IMG/VR virus record: IMGVR_UViG_2574179724_000002
Origin: a virus
DNA: 64,000 nt
Reading direction: 5' to 3' (one strand)
The notes under the pieces: model-generated
The model's database searches: none
What the model was told of the DNA's origin: nothing
Seen by the model: only the letters and a program-made list of their open reading frames with translations
In this document: positions 37,679 through 47,078 of the stretch, in pieces
How positions within the stretch are numbered: the stretch's first letter is position 1
Layout of the letters: every line of letters starts with the position of its first letter
Translations under genes and position numbers: made by a program

Positions 37679-38066
37679 CAATTTCTTCATCGGTTAAGGC
37701 ATCGGTATTTAAAAGTTGTTGAACAGGGTAAACAGTTTGTACAAGTCGCTTGTATTCAATGTCAGACCATTGCTGAGAGTGATTAGTTGCTAAATTTTCT
37801 AGTATTTCATCGCAAAAAGTTGTTACTTGGGGCATTAAGTCATCAAATTCATATCTATCCAAAGTTTCGTGTGTTTTTGATATTAGCCAAAATGATTGGA
37901 AGTCTGAATAAGCAAGAGTTGCATAAGAAGATGCTGCTTCATATTTATAAGTTTCATTTCCGGTTAAAAAAAGAGTTCTCTTAGCATTTCGAGCATGACC
38001 CATAGCTTTTTGTAATAAGTGGGATAGCATCGGTACAAATTGATCTATTTCGTCCATATTAATCAC
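37665..38066 (-). CDS. Counter-oriented hypothetical protein
   Basis: RBS AGGAGGTG on minus strand. Confidence 0.7.
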   Translation of the reverse strand: MINMDEIDQFVPMLSHLLQKAMGHARNAKRTLFLTGNETYKYEAASSYATLAYSDFQSFWLISKTHETLDRYEFDDLMPQVTTFCDEILENLATNHSQQWSDIEYKRLVQTVYPVQQLLNTDALTDEEIATLN

Positions 38067-38139
38067 CTCCTTTCGAGATGATTATATCAAATATTTGTAG
38101 TGGAGGAATGGGAAATCTAATCGAAGAATAGAAAGGAGA

Positions 38140-38475
38140 GTGTTTATGCCTACATTAATTAATGAAAGGGAAATAAATAAACTTTTAGAAGAACAATTGC
38201 AAGACACAATCTCAAATTTCATCAAAAGTAATGTTGAAGGTAGAACCTGGTCAATTATGGAATTTAAAAAAGCTTGCTGCTTTAATCGTGATCGGCGGTG
38301 GGTCGTGTATTTCATACTAAAGCCCTTTAGGAATGAAATTGAATATGGGAAGAATAATCTAAATGGTTGGTGTATCTATGGAAAAAGTTATCAAATCAGA
38401 GCGAGATTAGCAGCTAGATGGATTGAAAAAAATTTTACTCGGATAGATTGGGATGCCGAGTTACCAACTAAGTGA
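38140..38475 (+). CDS. DUF771-like protein (possible excisionase/regulator)
   Basis: GRTWSIMEFKK, WIEKNFTRIDW. Confidence 0.6.
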   Translation: MFMPTLINEREINKLLEEQLQDTISNFIKSNVEGRTWSIMEFKKACCFNRDRRWVVYFILKPFRNEIEYGKNNLNGWCIYGKSYQIRARLAARWIEKNFTRIDWDAELPTK

Positions 38476-38489
38476 AATGAGGTGAGCGA

Positions 38490-38723
38490 ATGAAACAAAA
38501 GGAATTTGAATTAATCAAAACATTAAATGATCAACTAAATTTTTATAAAAACCAGCTAAATGTTGCTGAAAATCTACAAAAAACATTGATCGATAATTTG
38601 TCAATTGAAAAAGTAATATGTACTACACATCGTGTTGGATTTGGGACAAAAAAAAGTCCGGTAAAGTTAGTAAAAACTTACTGGGACTTAGATGGAAATT
38701 TACTATTCAGATACGAACTATAA
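38490..38723 (+). CDS. Hypothetical phage protein
   Basis: RBS GAGGTG; YWDLDGNLL. Confidence 0.6.
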   Translation: MKQKEFELIKTLNDQLNFYKNQLNVAENLQKTLIDNLSIEKVICTTHRVGFGTKKSPVKLVKTYWDLDGNLLFRYEL

Positions 38724-39407
38724 TTATTTTTTGTTTCTGGAGACGGGAGGATTAAGAAGCATAAGCTTGACTAAAATTATCTGGATAAATATCTCAAGGT
38801 AGTTTTTTAATTCAACAAGCTTAAGCTCAGCATCAAAGTTTTCAGGTTTATCCCAATGAGCATAATCATTACCATTGATTCGTACAACATCTGTGGCAAC
38901 TTGAGCCGCATTATCATCTTTAAAGTACTTGGATATTGAATTGTTAAGATTCATTTTGGAAATTTCCTCTTTTGGCTGGTTTAGTATCTTTAATGCATAG
39001 TCCTTTATCAAAATTTCTTCGGCAGCACGATAGCCTATACCAGCAATTTCGAAATCATTATGTAATTCAGCTGCTTCGGCTTGATGATACATGGAGATGA
39101 AAGTAGGTGAGAATTCAACCAGTAACTTATTAAATTGTCTAGAAGAAGCTTGTGGCCAAAAAGTGAGCAGTTTAGTTTGTTCTGTGTTATCAGGGAAAAT
39201 TCTTTGAATACTGAAATGTTTTTTTTGACAACTAGTACATTCGTGAGAAAAAAATGTGACTAAGGTTTGATTGATAGTTATGCTACCCCAATTTTTATTA
39301 ATTGGGTTGTTACTAACACCACAATTAGGACATATATCAAGTATTTTGAGTTTGGAGTTTCTGTAGTTATTAAGGTTAAGATTAAATGTTTGTTCTCTTG
39401 TTTTCAA
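38724..39407 (-). CDS. Zn-ribbon + DUF4145 (HEPN-like) protein, counter-oriented
   Basis: CPNC, CTSC; AGIGYRAAEEILIKDY; RINGNDYAHW. Confidence 0.7.
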   Translation of the reverse strand: MKTREQTFNLNLNNYRNSKLKILDICPNCGVSNNPINKNWGSITINQTLVTFFSHECTSCQKKHFSIQRIFPDNTEQTKLLTFWPQASSRQFNKLLVEFSPTFISMYHQAEAAELHNDFEIAGIGYRAAEEILIKDYALKILNQPKEEISKMNLNNSISKYFKDDNAAQVATDVVRINGNDYAHWDKPENFDAELKLVELKNYLEIFIQIILVKLMLLNPPVSRNKK

Positions 39408-39533
39408 TATAAAAGCATCCTTTCATTTTTATGCATTAATTACATGACAAAATATACTCTATATTAACTAAGCTAGCAATGTAAAAATGTTTAGACTATG
39501 TTCTATTATTTCGTATGGTTTGGAGGAGTAATC

Positions 39534-39656
39534 GTGATAAGAAAATTTCATGAGTACTTTGGTGTCGATGGTTGGCAAGCAGTAGGGTTCTACTCAATCT
39601 TTATCATCCCTACAGTTTGGATGATTATCTTGGAGGTGGTCTTACGCAATATTTAA
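39534..39656 (+). CDS. 40-aa membrane peptide
   Basis: RBS GGAGG, GTG start, one hydrophobic helix. Confidence 0.5.
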   Translation: MIRKFHEYFGVDGWQAVGFYSIFIIPTVWMIILEVVLRNI

Positions 39657-39812
39657 CGAGTACGTTACAGGCTGTTACCCTTTTTCTTTTACTCAGTCTG
39701 TTGGCAATTCAAATTAAAGATAATCTCAAAAAATAAAAAACGAGCCTACAGGAATAGGCCCGATAAAAAATAAATTTACGTGTTTAGTATAGCACACCAG
39801 GAGGTTAAGTGA

Positions 39813-39980
39813 ATGTTTCTAGCAGCATATCGAGGAGACACTTTTATTTGCCTAGCTGACAATTACGAGGAAATGGCTAAAAAGCTTGGTGTTAGCGTTA
39901 GGACGGCTAAATGGTTGGGATATAAATCGGTTCACAGCAGAGGAAATCGAAGAAAACTTGTTTACGAATATGAGGATTAA
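39813..39980 (+). CDS. 55-aa HTH-like phage protein
   Basis: YRGDTFI, EEMAKKLGVSVRTA; RBS GGAGG. Confidence 0.6.
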   Translation: MFLAAYRGDTFICLADNYEEMAKKLGVSVRTAKWLGYKSVHSRGNRRKLVYEYED

Positions 39981-39984
39981 TTAA

Positions 39985-40737
39985 ATGAACGACGAACGGT
40001 TTGCAGGCCACTTGCTAAACGTAAAAAATGATGAAATCACTTTGCGAGTTGATGACATTGAAGGTTTAAAAACTCTTTTTCGTCGCGGAAAGATTGATTT
40101 TGACCTTAAACCGCATTCCATTGAATTAGTTTCTCCACTACAGCAGCGCAAAGCTTATGCAATGATTCGTGATATTGGGGAATACCAGGGCTTTGAACAA
40201 CGTTATGAGTTTGAAAATTTAAAACAGCATTTAAAATCACAATTTTGTCATGAGAGCAGTTATCGAAAGTTTAGTTTAAGTAATTGTCATAAAGACATAG
40301 CAACTGAATTCATCTCCTGGCTAGTTGAATACTGCTTTTACTTTGGCATCCCATTTGAATTTAAAGACTTGGCCAACACGTTTGATACTGGCCGACAAGT
40401 TTACTTATGTTTGGTCCATAAACGTTGTACCTGTTGTGGATCAACCAGAAACATCCAAATCAATCATGAGGATACGGTCGGAATTGGCAATAACCGAACT
40501 CATCTTGATCACAGAGGACACAGATTAGAAGCTCTGTGCAATCTCCATCATCACGAGTTCCATCAGCTAGGACCAACGAGTTTTGCCGCTAAGTGGCATT
40601 TTCACGGCGTTAAATTGAATGATGATCAACTCGTTAGTTTGAAATTAATGTCTCGAAAACAAATGCAAGAGTTTGACCTGCAGTACGAGCAAGAAAGACT
40701 CGCAGAAAAGTTGAGGTATGACCATGAAAAAAGGTAA
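39985..40737 (+). CDS. Putative HNHc nuclease (DUF968-like)
   Basis: CTCCG, HEDTVGIG, ALCNLHHHEFH. Confidence 0.8.
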   Translation: MNDERFAGHLLNVKNDEITLRVDDIEGLKTLFRRGKIDFDLKPHSIELVSPLQQRKAYAMIRDIGEYQGFEQRYEFENLKQHLKSQFCHESSYRKFSLSNCHKDIATEFISWLVEYCFYFGIPFEFKDLANTFDTGRQVYLCLVHKRCTCCGSTRNIQINHEDTVGIGNNRTHLDHRGHRLEALCNLHHHEFHQLGPTSFAAKWHFHGVKLNDDQLVSLKLMSRKQMQEFDLQYEQERLAEKLRYDHEKR

Positions 40738-40930
40738 AAACAAACAGAAAAAGAAACGACCAATTAGGCTGGTTAGTACTGGTGGCAGATTTGCCAAAGA
40801 TTTTACAAGCTTTAAAGCTGCTAGTTGGTGGTTAAAGGAAAGCCCTGAATTTGTTTCAGAATTAATTAGTCGGGGCATTGTTCACGCAGGAGAGTTTGAA
40901 TTATTGATTGGAGGGATGTTAGATGACTGA
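40718..40930 (+). CDS. Hypothetical basic phage protein
   Basis: Overlaps both neighbours. Confidence 0.5.
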   Translation: MTMKKGKNKQKKKRPIRLVSTGGRFAKDFTSFKAASWWLKESPEFVSELISRGIVHAGEFELLIGGMLDD

Positions 40931-41804
40931 ACAACCAGCATATTATTCGATTTTAACAGCAAGTGTTAGATATGACCCACGACTTAAAAATCACGCTGAT
41001 GAGAAAATTTTGTTCAGCGAAATCACAGCACTAACTAATAAGCTGGGCTATTGTACAGCAAGCAATAGATATTTTGCCGAACTTTACGATCGTCCAGTTC
41101 AAACCATTTCAAAATGGATAAATCATTTAAAGTCAATTGGATATTTGAAAATTGAAATGGTTCGTGAGGGAAAAGAAATAAAACAACGAAAAATTTATAC
41201 AAATACTAACCCACCTATTAACGCTGACGTTAATACCCCATCACGTTCGCATGAAGGGGGTATTCATGTGAACGTTAAGGACCCTATTCACGTAGACGTG
41301 AAGGAGAATATTACAAGTATTAATAATACAAGTATTAATAATAACAATAACAAAGGAGTCGAAAAACAAACGACTGTCAATGCATTTGAAACACTTCAAA
41401 AAGCAAACATATCTCTGAATGGAATTACTACTCCAATTTTCTTGGACTATGTCGAATCACTTGGAAATGAGGTCGTTGATTATGCAATTAACAAAATGTG
41501 CAGTTCAGCTACTCGAGCATCATGGGGCTATCTGAAAGTGATGCTGAATGATTATGAAGAACACAATGTCAAAACGCTTGAGCAGATTAAAAAGCTAGAA
41601 GCTGATTTTGAAGCAAAGAAAGAGAAACGAGGCTTCCGTAAGAAAAAGGTTGTTCAGAAAGAAGCACTTCCTGATTGGGCTGCTAATCCACCTGAACAAT
41701 CTGTTCAAGCAAATGAATATACAGACGAACAAAGAGCGGAACTAACAGCTAAGCTGGCCAGACTGAGTGAAAAAGGTAAGTCGGATGGTACGAACGAATG
41801 TTAA
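40923..41804 (+). CDS. Replication initiator (HTH + DnaD-like domain)
   Basis: YYSILTASVRYD, GYCTASNRYFAELY, SWGYLKVMLNDY. Confidence 0.9.
   Translation: MTEQPAYYSILTASVRYDPRLKNHADEKILFSEITALTNKLGYCTASNRYFAELYDRPVQTISKWINHLKSIGYLKIEMVREGKEIKQRKIYTNTNPPINADVNTPSRSHEGGIHVNVKDPIHVDVKENITSINNTSINNNNNKGVEKQTTVNAFETLQKANISLNGITTPIFLDYVESLGNEVVDYAINKMCSSATRASWGYLKVMLNDYEEHNVKTLEQIKKLEADFEAKKEKRGFRKKKVVQKEALPDWAANPPEQSVQANEYTDEQRAELTAKLARLSEKGKSDGTNEC
41216..41350. repeat. Iterons plus AT-rich tract inside the initiator gene (putative ori of prophage 2)
   Basis: TATTAACGCTGACGTTAA 41216, TATTCATGTGAACGTTAA 41261, TATTCACGTAGACGTGAA 41285, an inverted copy near 41240, then ATACAAGTATTAATA-like repeats. 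Confidence 0.7.
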
Positions 41805-41985
41805 GCAGCTGAGAAATAGGCATCGAATCAGCCAAGCAGACTTAGGGAAGTTTATCGGTGTTACAGATGGAACTATCAGCAAGTTAGAAAATGGTCGGAA
41901 CTATCCAAGCATGGAATTAGCAATCAAACTGGCAGACTTTTTCGATGTTAGCTTGGATGAATTAATCGGGAGGAGAAAATTATGA
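41785..41985 (+). CDS. XRE-family HTH regulator
   Basis: SQADLGKFIGVTDGTISKLENG. Confidence 0.85.
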   Translation: MVRTNVKQLRNRHRISQADLGKFIGVTDGTISKLENGRNYPSMELAIKLADFFDVSLDELIGRRKL

Positions 41986-42227
41986 CCAAGAATAAACTGA
42001 GTGATCTTAATAATCACTTATTTGCAGAGTTAGAACGTTTAGGGGATGAAGATTTAAAGGGCGATTCGTTGAAAGAAGAAATCAATCGAGCAAAAGCTAT
42101 TTCAGGTGTAGCAACGAATGTCGTTGAGAATGCTAACTTGGCGTTAAAAGCGGCGATTGCTTACGATGATCGTCAAGGCGGGATGAAGTTACCAAAGATG
42201 ATTAGTGTTGATGAGCATGGGGGCTAA
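41982..42227 (+). CDS. Conserved phage protein
   Basis: KNKLSDLNNHLFAELERL; typical partner of the following HNH gene. Confidence 0.8.
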   Translation: MTKNKLSDLNNHLFAELERLGDEDLKGDSLKEEINRAKAISGVATNVVENANLALKAAIAYDDRQGGMKLPKMISVDEHGG

Positions 42228-42828
42228 CCTTTTTTCGAAAACACAGGAGATTGCCATTAGAGAATTGTCAAAGGGAAGAAGTGCCAGAGAACTTACAAAA
42301 ATCGTAAATGCAAAATTCAATAGAAATCTTAAAGTTTCCCAAATGAAAAGCTGGAAAGTTAATCATCAGGCTAACAGCGGACGAAATGGTCAATTTAAAA
42401 AAGGCATGACTCCCTGGAATAAGGGAAAGAAGACTGGCAACCACGGTCGAATGACTGAGACTCAGTTCAAATCAGAGCCTCACTTAGAAGATAGAAAGCC
42501 ACTAGGAACTAAAGTAATGAGGGCTGATGGCTATATCTGGATTAAGATCAACAACGATTTGCCATTCAAAAACCGCTGGAAACAGTTGCATCGATTAATT
42601 TGGGAAGAACACAACGGGCCGATTCCTAAAGAAAAAAAGCTTATGTTTCTCGATGGTGATCCCACACATGTGGTAATTGATAATTTAGCACTGGTTTCTT
42701 CAAGAGAAAATCTCGAGATGAACAGGTATGGATTAAACTCCAAGGATCCAGAATTAACCAAAACAGGAATTAATATTGCAAAAGTAAATATCAAGCTCAG
42801 AGAAAGGAGCAAAGGAAAAAATGATTAG
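42205..42828 (+). CDS. HNH endonuclease (HNH_3-type)
   Basis: QFKKGMTPWNKG, HRLIWEEHNGPIP, FLDGD...DNL. Confidence 0.88.
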   Translation: MLMSMGANLFSKTQEIAIRELSKGRSARELTKIVNAKFNRNLKVSQMKSWKVNHQANSGRNGQFKKGMTPWNKGKKTGNHGRMTETQFKSEPHLEDRKPLGTKVMRADGYIWIKINNDLPFKNRWKQLHRLIWEEHNGPIPKEKKLMFLDGDPTHVVIDNLALVSSRENLEMNRYGLNSKDPELTKTGINIAKVNIKLRERSKGKND

Positions 42829-42973
42829 ACCTGGAATGACAGTTATTTATCAAGAAAATTGTTACAGAGTTAGAACAATTGTCGATTATCAGCCATACCA
42901 ACTAGCTCAGTTGCCAGTTAGAAATGGCGATATCTGGGTGCCAGTTGAGCAGCTAACAAAATTGGAGGGATGA
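42821..42973 (+). CDS. 50-aa hypothetical protein
   Basis: Overlapping start/stop with both neighbours. Confidence 0.5.
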   Translation: MIRPGMTVIYQENCYRVRTIVDYQPYQLAQLPVRNGDIWVPVEQLTKLEG

Positions 42974-43389
42974 ACATGGAAAAACAAATTAACTTTGACT
43001 TATCAAACGTGGCCAATGGTGGTTTACAGGAAAAATTGGATAGGGCATTAAATCAGGTAACAGAAAACATCATGGATCCAAATACGGACCAAACGAAGAA
43101 AAGAAAAATTACAATCAATTTGGTATTTGAACCATCAAAATCAGGGGATGCAGTTGATGTTGATATTCAGACAAAAGTAAGCCTTGTCCCAGAACAAGGT
43201 GTTGGCACAACAATGTTGATTGGTCGCGATGGGAAAGGAAAGACGGTGGTTAATGAGCTTAAATCAGGAACACCAGGACAAACATTTATTGATCCTGATG
43301 ATGGTGAAGTAAAGACAGATACAGGAGTACCAGTTGCGGACATTGAGAAAGAGCAAAAAGTCATTGATCTACAAGCCAAGAAAGGATAG
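42970..43389 (+). CDS. Conserved Firmicutes phage protein
   Basis: NIMDPNTDQTKKRKITINL. Confidence 0.75.
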   Translation: MNMEKQINFDLSNVANGGLQEKLDRALNQVTENIMDPNTDQTKKRKITINLVFEPSKSGDAVDVDIQTKVSLVPEQGVGTTMLIGRDGKGKTVVNELKSGTPGQTFIDPDDGEVKTDTGVPVADIEKEQKVIDLQAKKG

Positions 43390-43398
43390 TGAACAGAG

Positions 43399-44130
43399 AT
43401 GGAAATGAAAGAATTAAATGATTTAGTTGAATTAGCACGCGAGGCAGAGGGAAAGAAAACATTTGTTGTGGGTGAGCAGACCTGGTTCGTTGACGGAGAT
43501 GGAGCAGCACATCGAATAAAAGAGACATGTGTTCCTGAACGGAAAGTTGAACTGCACACACTAACTGGTTTGCTTGATTATATTCAAAGTGAACAAAGCA
43601 AATTGGATAAGCCGAGATTACGAATTGATAGCCCAACAAGAGTTTATTTTGAGGGAGCTTTAGATAAATATGGTCGACGTGCTATTGAAGCAGTAGCGGA
43701 ATTTCAAACACCAGGTTTTACGTTTGAAAATTTCTATGAGCAAGAAACGATGAACATTGCACTTCAATCACGCTTTGTTTCAACACCTGATAGAGAAATC
43801 CTATTAAAAGTAATTGGCAACTTACAGGAAAGTGAAGTTAAGCAAGCTAGTGATGATGGTGTATCGCAACAAGTTCAAATCAAATCAGGTGTTGCAAGTG
43901 TAGCCGATGTAAAAGTTCCTAATCCTGTTTCACTTGCTCCATACCGAACATTTTTAGAAGTTGAACAGCCCATTAGCAAATTTATCTTCAGGATGCGTTC
44001 AGGAATGCAATCGGCAATTTTTGAAGCTGACGGCGGTATGTGGAAGATTGAAGCTACTCAAAAAGTTAAAAAGTACCTGGAAGATGAATTAAAAAATCGT
44101 GATTTGAATGCTATTAAAGTGATTGCGTAA
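43399..44130 (+). CDS. Conserved Firmicutes phage protein
   Basis: VPNPVSLAPYRTFLEVEQP, FEADGGMWK. Confidence 0.8.
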   Translation: MEMKELNDLVELAREAEGKKTFVVGEQTWFVDGDGAAHRIKETCVPERKVELHTLTGLLDYIQSEQSKLDKPRLRIDSPTRVYFEGALDKYGRRAIEAVAEFQTPGFTFENFYEQETMNIALQSRFVSTPDREILLKVIGNLQESEVKQASDDGVSQQVQIKSGVASVADVKVPNPVSLAPYRTFLEVEQPISKFIFRMRSGMQSAIFEADGGMWKIEATQKVKKYLEDELKNRDLNAIKVIA

Positions 44131-44218
44131 TAATCACAAGCCCACGTCAGAGGATGCTTTGTCCGTTCGCTACGGAACGTGGGCCTAACCGGTTAAATAT
44201 TTTTGAAAGGAGAAAGTA

Positions 44219-44428
44219 ATGAGAAAGGAAAAAATCAAATTCACTGATTGTAACGGAGAAGTTTTAAATGAGATGGACTCGGTAGAATATGAGGGCGAAA
44301 CGTATGTAATTGAGAGGTTTTATAAGAATACGGCGGTCCTAGTTAATTTAAGTGGTAAATCAAGTTGGACTCGTCGAGCATTTGACTTTGTATCCATGCA
44401 AATGATGAAGAAGGTACAGCCTGGTTAA
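44219..44428 (+). CDS. Hypothetical phage protein
   Basis: RBS AAGGAG. Confidence 0.6.
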   Translation: MRKEKIKFTDCNGEVLNEMDSVEYEGETYVIERFYKNTAVLVNLSGKSSWTRRAFDFVSMQMMKKVQPG

Positions 44429-44449
44429 ATTTGAAAGGAGAATTTTAAA

Positions 44450-44635
44450 TTGAAATTTACACCGAAAGAGCTATTAAAAACGAAAGATGAAAGAGGAGCT
44501 GACTTTGTCAAATTGGTTGAAATTGGCGGAGAGGATGTTGCAATGATTTTAAGTGGCTACATAGTGTCATTGGACATCCCTGATGAGTTGATCAAGGAGA
44601 AGCTAGATGAAAAAGCCCAGACGAAAAATGATTAA
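44450..44635 (+). CDS. Hypothetical phage protein
   Basis: RBS AAGGAG, TTG start. Confidence 0.55.
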   Translation: MKFTPKELLKTKDERGADFVKLVEIGGEDVAMILSGYIVSLDIPDELIKEKLDEKAQTKND

Positions 44636-44916
44636 GCTACTGCAAGAGGAAATAATTCATTATAGCAGCAAAGCAGGAGCAATTGATTTTAGGGATGCAA
44701 CAACAGATAAAATTGTTATTTAAGCTTAATCAGTGAGAATTATTAAGCAATTAATCGTATTGATCAGCTAAGAGCAGAAATTAAATGATGGTGTTAATAA
44801 ATATGCTTTTATTGATGTTAAGAACCGTATTCTATATGCAAGTGTGATAAGGGAGGGGAGACATTAGAGCAAATAAAAATTAGCACAATTATTAATCATG
44901 CTAATTAAAATTGAAA

Positions 44917-45408
44917 TTAATTTAGTATTGCTACGCTTAAAGTGAGATAAGATGCAAAAATAATCCATATTAAGTAAGGAACCATAAGGATAGATGCTAA
45001 ACGACTATTTTTGTAAAAATGAATTATACAGCTTAATACAACGAGGTCTAATACGATAATTATTAAAAAGCCTAACCAATAGGCACTAACTTTAAAGAAA
45101 ATAATACTCCAAACAAAGTTTAAAATTAACTGGGTAAGAAAAAGTGAATAGTCAATTAATTTAATATGTTTAGGGTAAACCTGTTGGTATATTAAATAGC
45201 CAGAGATGCCAATTAGTGCGTAAAGTATAGGCCATACAATTCCAAATAGATAGGTTGGTGGAGATAAGGCGGGAAGACTAAGATGATTGTAGATGGCTTT
45301 AATGTCACCCGCAAAAAATGCTGATAGACTTCCAATAAACTCTATAACCAATATAAAAACAATCAAACGGATCCAACTTAATTTTTCTTTTTTCGTGTAT
45401 TCGTACAT
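44917..45408 (-). CDS. tspO: TspO/MBR tryptophan-rich sensory protein
   Basis: PALSPPTYLFGIVWPILY, LNFVWSIIFF, LMVPYLIW..FASYL. Confidence 0.92.
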   Translation of the reverse strand: MYEYTKKEKLSWIRLIVFILVIEFIGSLSAFFAGDIKAIYNHLSLPALSPPTYLFGIVWPILYALIGISGYLIYQQVYPKHIKLIDYSLFLTQLILNFVWSIIFFKVSAYWLGFLIIIVLDLVVLSCIIHFYKNSRLASILMVPYLIWIIFASYLTLSVAILN

Positions 45409-45594
45409 TAAATTGCCCCCTTTGATACAATTTTACCATTAAATTCAATTTTTAGGTTGGTGATAGATAGCAATTAGGATCATATGAAAAAATGTTAGGG
45501 ATCTTAAGGCGAAGAAAGCAAAAATGGTTCTAGATAAAAATTAAAACAATTTGAATTAATTTTATCGTTTCAATAATTATGAGGGGATGAATAA

Positions 45595-46101
45595 ATGGGT
45601 GTACCTAATTATATGAGATATAAGATATCTGAACATGCATTTGATAGAATGCAAAAAAGGTTTGGAATACCACGTGATGAAGCACAAAGATGGATTGAAC
45701 GCTTTTTACAGAATGCTACTTTTTATGCAAGTCAAGAAGCCGGAAAACAAAAATTTAAGTGGAATGAAATTACAGCAATCTTAAATGTAAATGATTATGT
45801 CGTGATTACAATCTATCCAAAATCAATTGAAGCTGATAAAACAGTAACTAGACAAATTAACCCAGAAATCAAAACAGTTATTAACCGTTCCCTTGGAGAA
45901 TTTGTTAAGGCAAAGCGTAACCAGCTTTTAGTCAAAATAAACGGGCCAATGATTGAACTATATGACAGCTGGAGATTGTTGGAAAAAGATAGCAGTCAAG
46001 TGGATTTTAGGCAAAAATTGAATATCGTCAATGAGTTAATCAATAGGAATGATCTAGTGGTTGAGGAAGCAGAGCAAATTATTGGCAAGGAGGTGAATTG
46101 A
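45595..46101 (+). CDS. Hypothetical phage protein
   Basis: ISEHAFDRMQKRFG; RBS GAGGGG. Confidence 0.65.
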   Translation: MGVPNYMRYKISEHAFDRMQKRFGIPRDEAQRWIERFLQNATFYASQEAGKQKFKWNEITAILNVNDYVVITIYPKSIEADKTVTRQINPEIKTVINRSLGEFVKAKRNQLLVKINGPMIELYDSWRLLEKDSSQVDFRQKLNIVNELINRNDLVVEEAEQIIGKEVN

Positions 46102-46104
46102 TTA

Positions 46105-46518
46105 GTGAAAAGATCAACATTTAATTACATTGCAGACATAATACGTGAATATCCAACATCTGAAATGTACATCAAGAAGCGTGAAGATGAGCTGATAAAC
46201 AGGTTTCAGGAGTTTAAAGATGAAAATGTTGGCGGTGGTCGAGCACAGAATAAAAAAGATGAGGGTGTTGAGTGCATGGCGATTACGCTAGCTGAGGACA
46301 GACGATTAAATAATCTCAAAAGAAATGAAGAAGCTGTTCGGAAAATTTTAGAGTCGTCTGACCCAGTAACGCGAGATATTATCTATGAACTTTACTTAAG
46401 AGAAAACTGCATTTTAACGCTTGAGGGGATTGCGCAAGAAGCTCACCTGTCAGGTACAGCTGTGAAGAAAAGAAGACTAAAATTTTTTGAAAAAGTGGCA
46501 GCAGAGTTGGGTTTATAG
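46105..46518 (+). CDS. ArpU/RinA-family late transcriptional activator
   Basis: ITLAEDRRLNNL, IIYELYL, KKRRLKFFEKVAAELG. Confidence 0.85.
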   Translation: MKRSTFNYIADIIREYPTSEMYIKKREDELINRFQEFKDENVGGGRAQNKKDEGVECMAITLAEDRRLNNLKRNEEAVRKILESSDPVTRDIIYELYLRENCILTLEGIAQEAHLSGTAVKKRRLKFFEKVAAELGL

Positions 46519-46541
46519 TTTCTAGATTAATAGAGTTGATG

Positions 46542-46564
46542 AAAAGTGTCCAAAAAGTGTCCAA
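46542..46564 (+). promoter_or_regulatory. Tandem AAAAGTGTCCAA repeats, probable late-activator site
   Basis: Two overlapping copies just after the activator gene. Confidence 0.55.
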
Positions 46565-46615
46565 TTAGCATTAAATTAAGTGTCAAAATGATAGCATAAG
46601 AAACTTAGGGATGAG

Positions 46616-46985
46616 TTTCCGGGTTATCTCCGATATCAGATCAGCGGTCGATCGAGCCGCTATTTATGTAGTAAATGAGGGACATCCCTCATGAGCTGCT
46701 AACAATCATTTAACGGATACTTGCTATCTGTTAGATACTAACTGACAACCGGGAAAGACCGATAAACACTCGTGTTAGTGTTTATCACTTCTGCAGCTGG
46801 AAGATAAAAACACTCGATTGTAGCGGAAAATACAGTCACTTGCTAGCGTAAACCGCAAAAAATATTTCTTTCTATCGCTAGCAAAAAAGAGAATGACATT
46901 TGATTTCGTCCATCGAAAGAAAATGGTGTTTGGATTGCGAAGTCGGTGAAATTCCGACATACATACTAGTCCGGAATGACATTAA
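46616..46985 (+). ncRNA. Candidate large structured non-coding RNA
   Basis: No plausible ORF; at least ten stems including a long-range one and a possible kissing loop (see findings). Confidence 0.6.
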
Positions 46986-47078
46986 ACTATTATTTTCTCC
47001 CAAAAAATATTTTATCGGTAGCAATCAGTGATGGTTGCTATTTTTGTTGTATAATTTATGAGATAAAATAATAAATTT

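Noticed and set aside
42205-42828. HNH gene as an intron-encoded homing endonuclease
   Set aside because: Free-standing, coupled to both neighbours, and no interrupted host gene
46600-46985. Group I intron or tRNA cluster
   Set aside because: It does not interrupt a gene; no convincing P7 (R/S) pairing or cloverleaf found by eye
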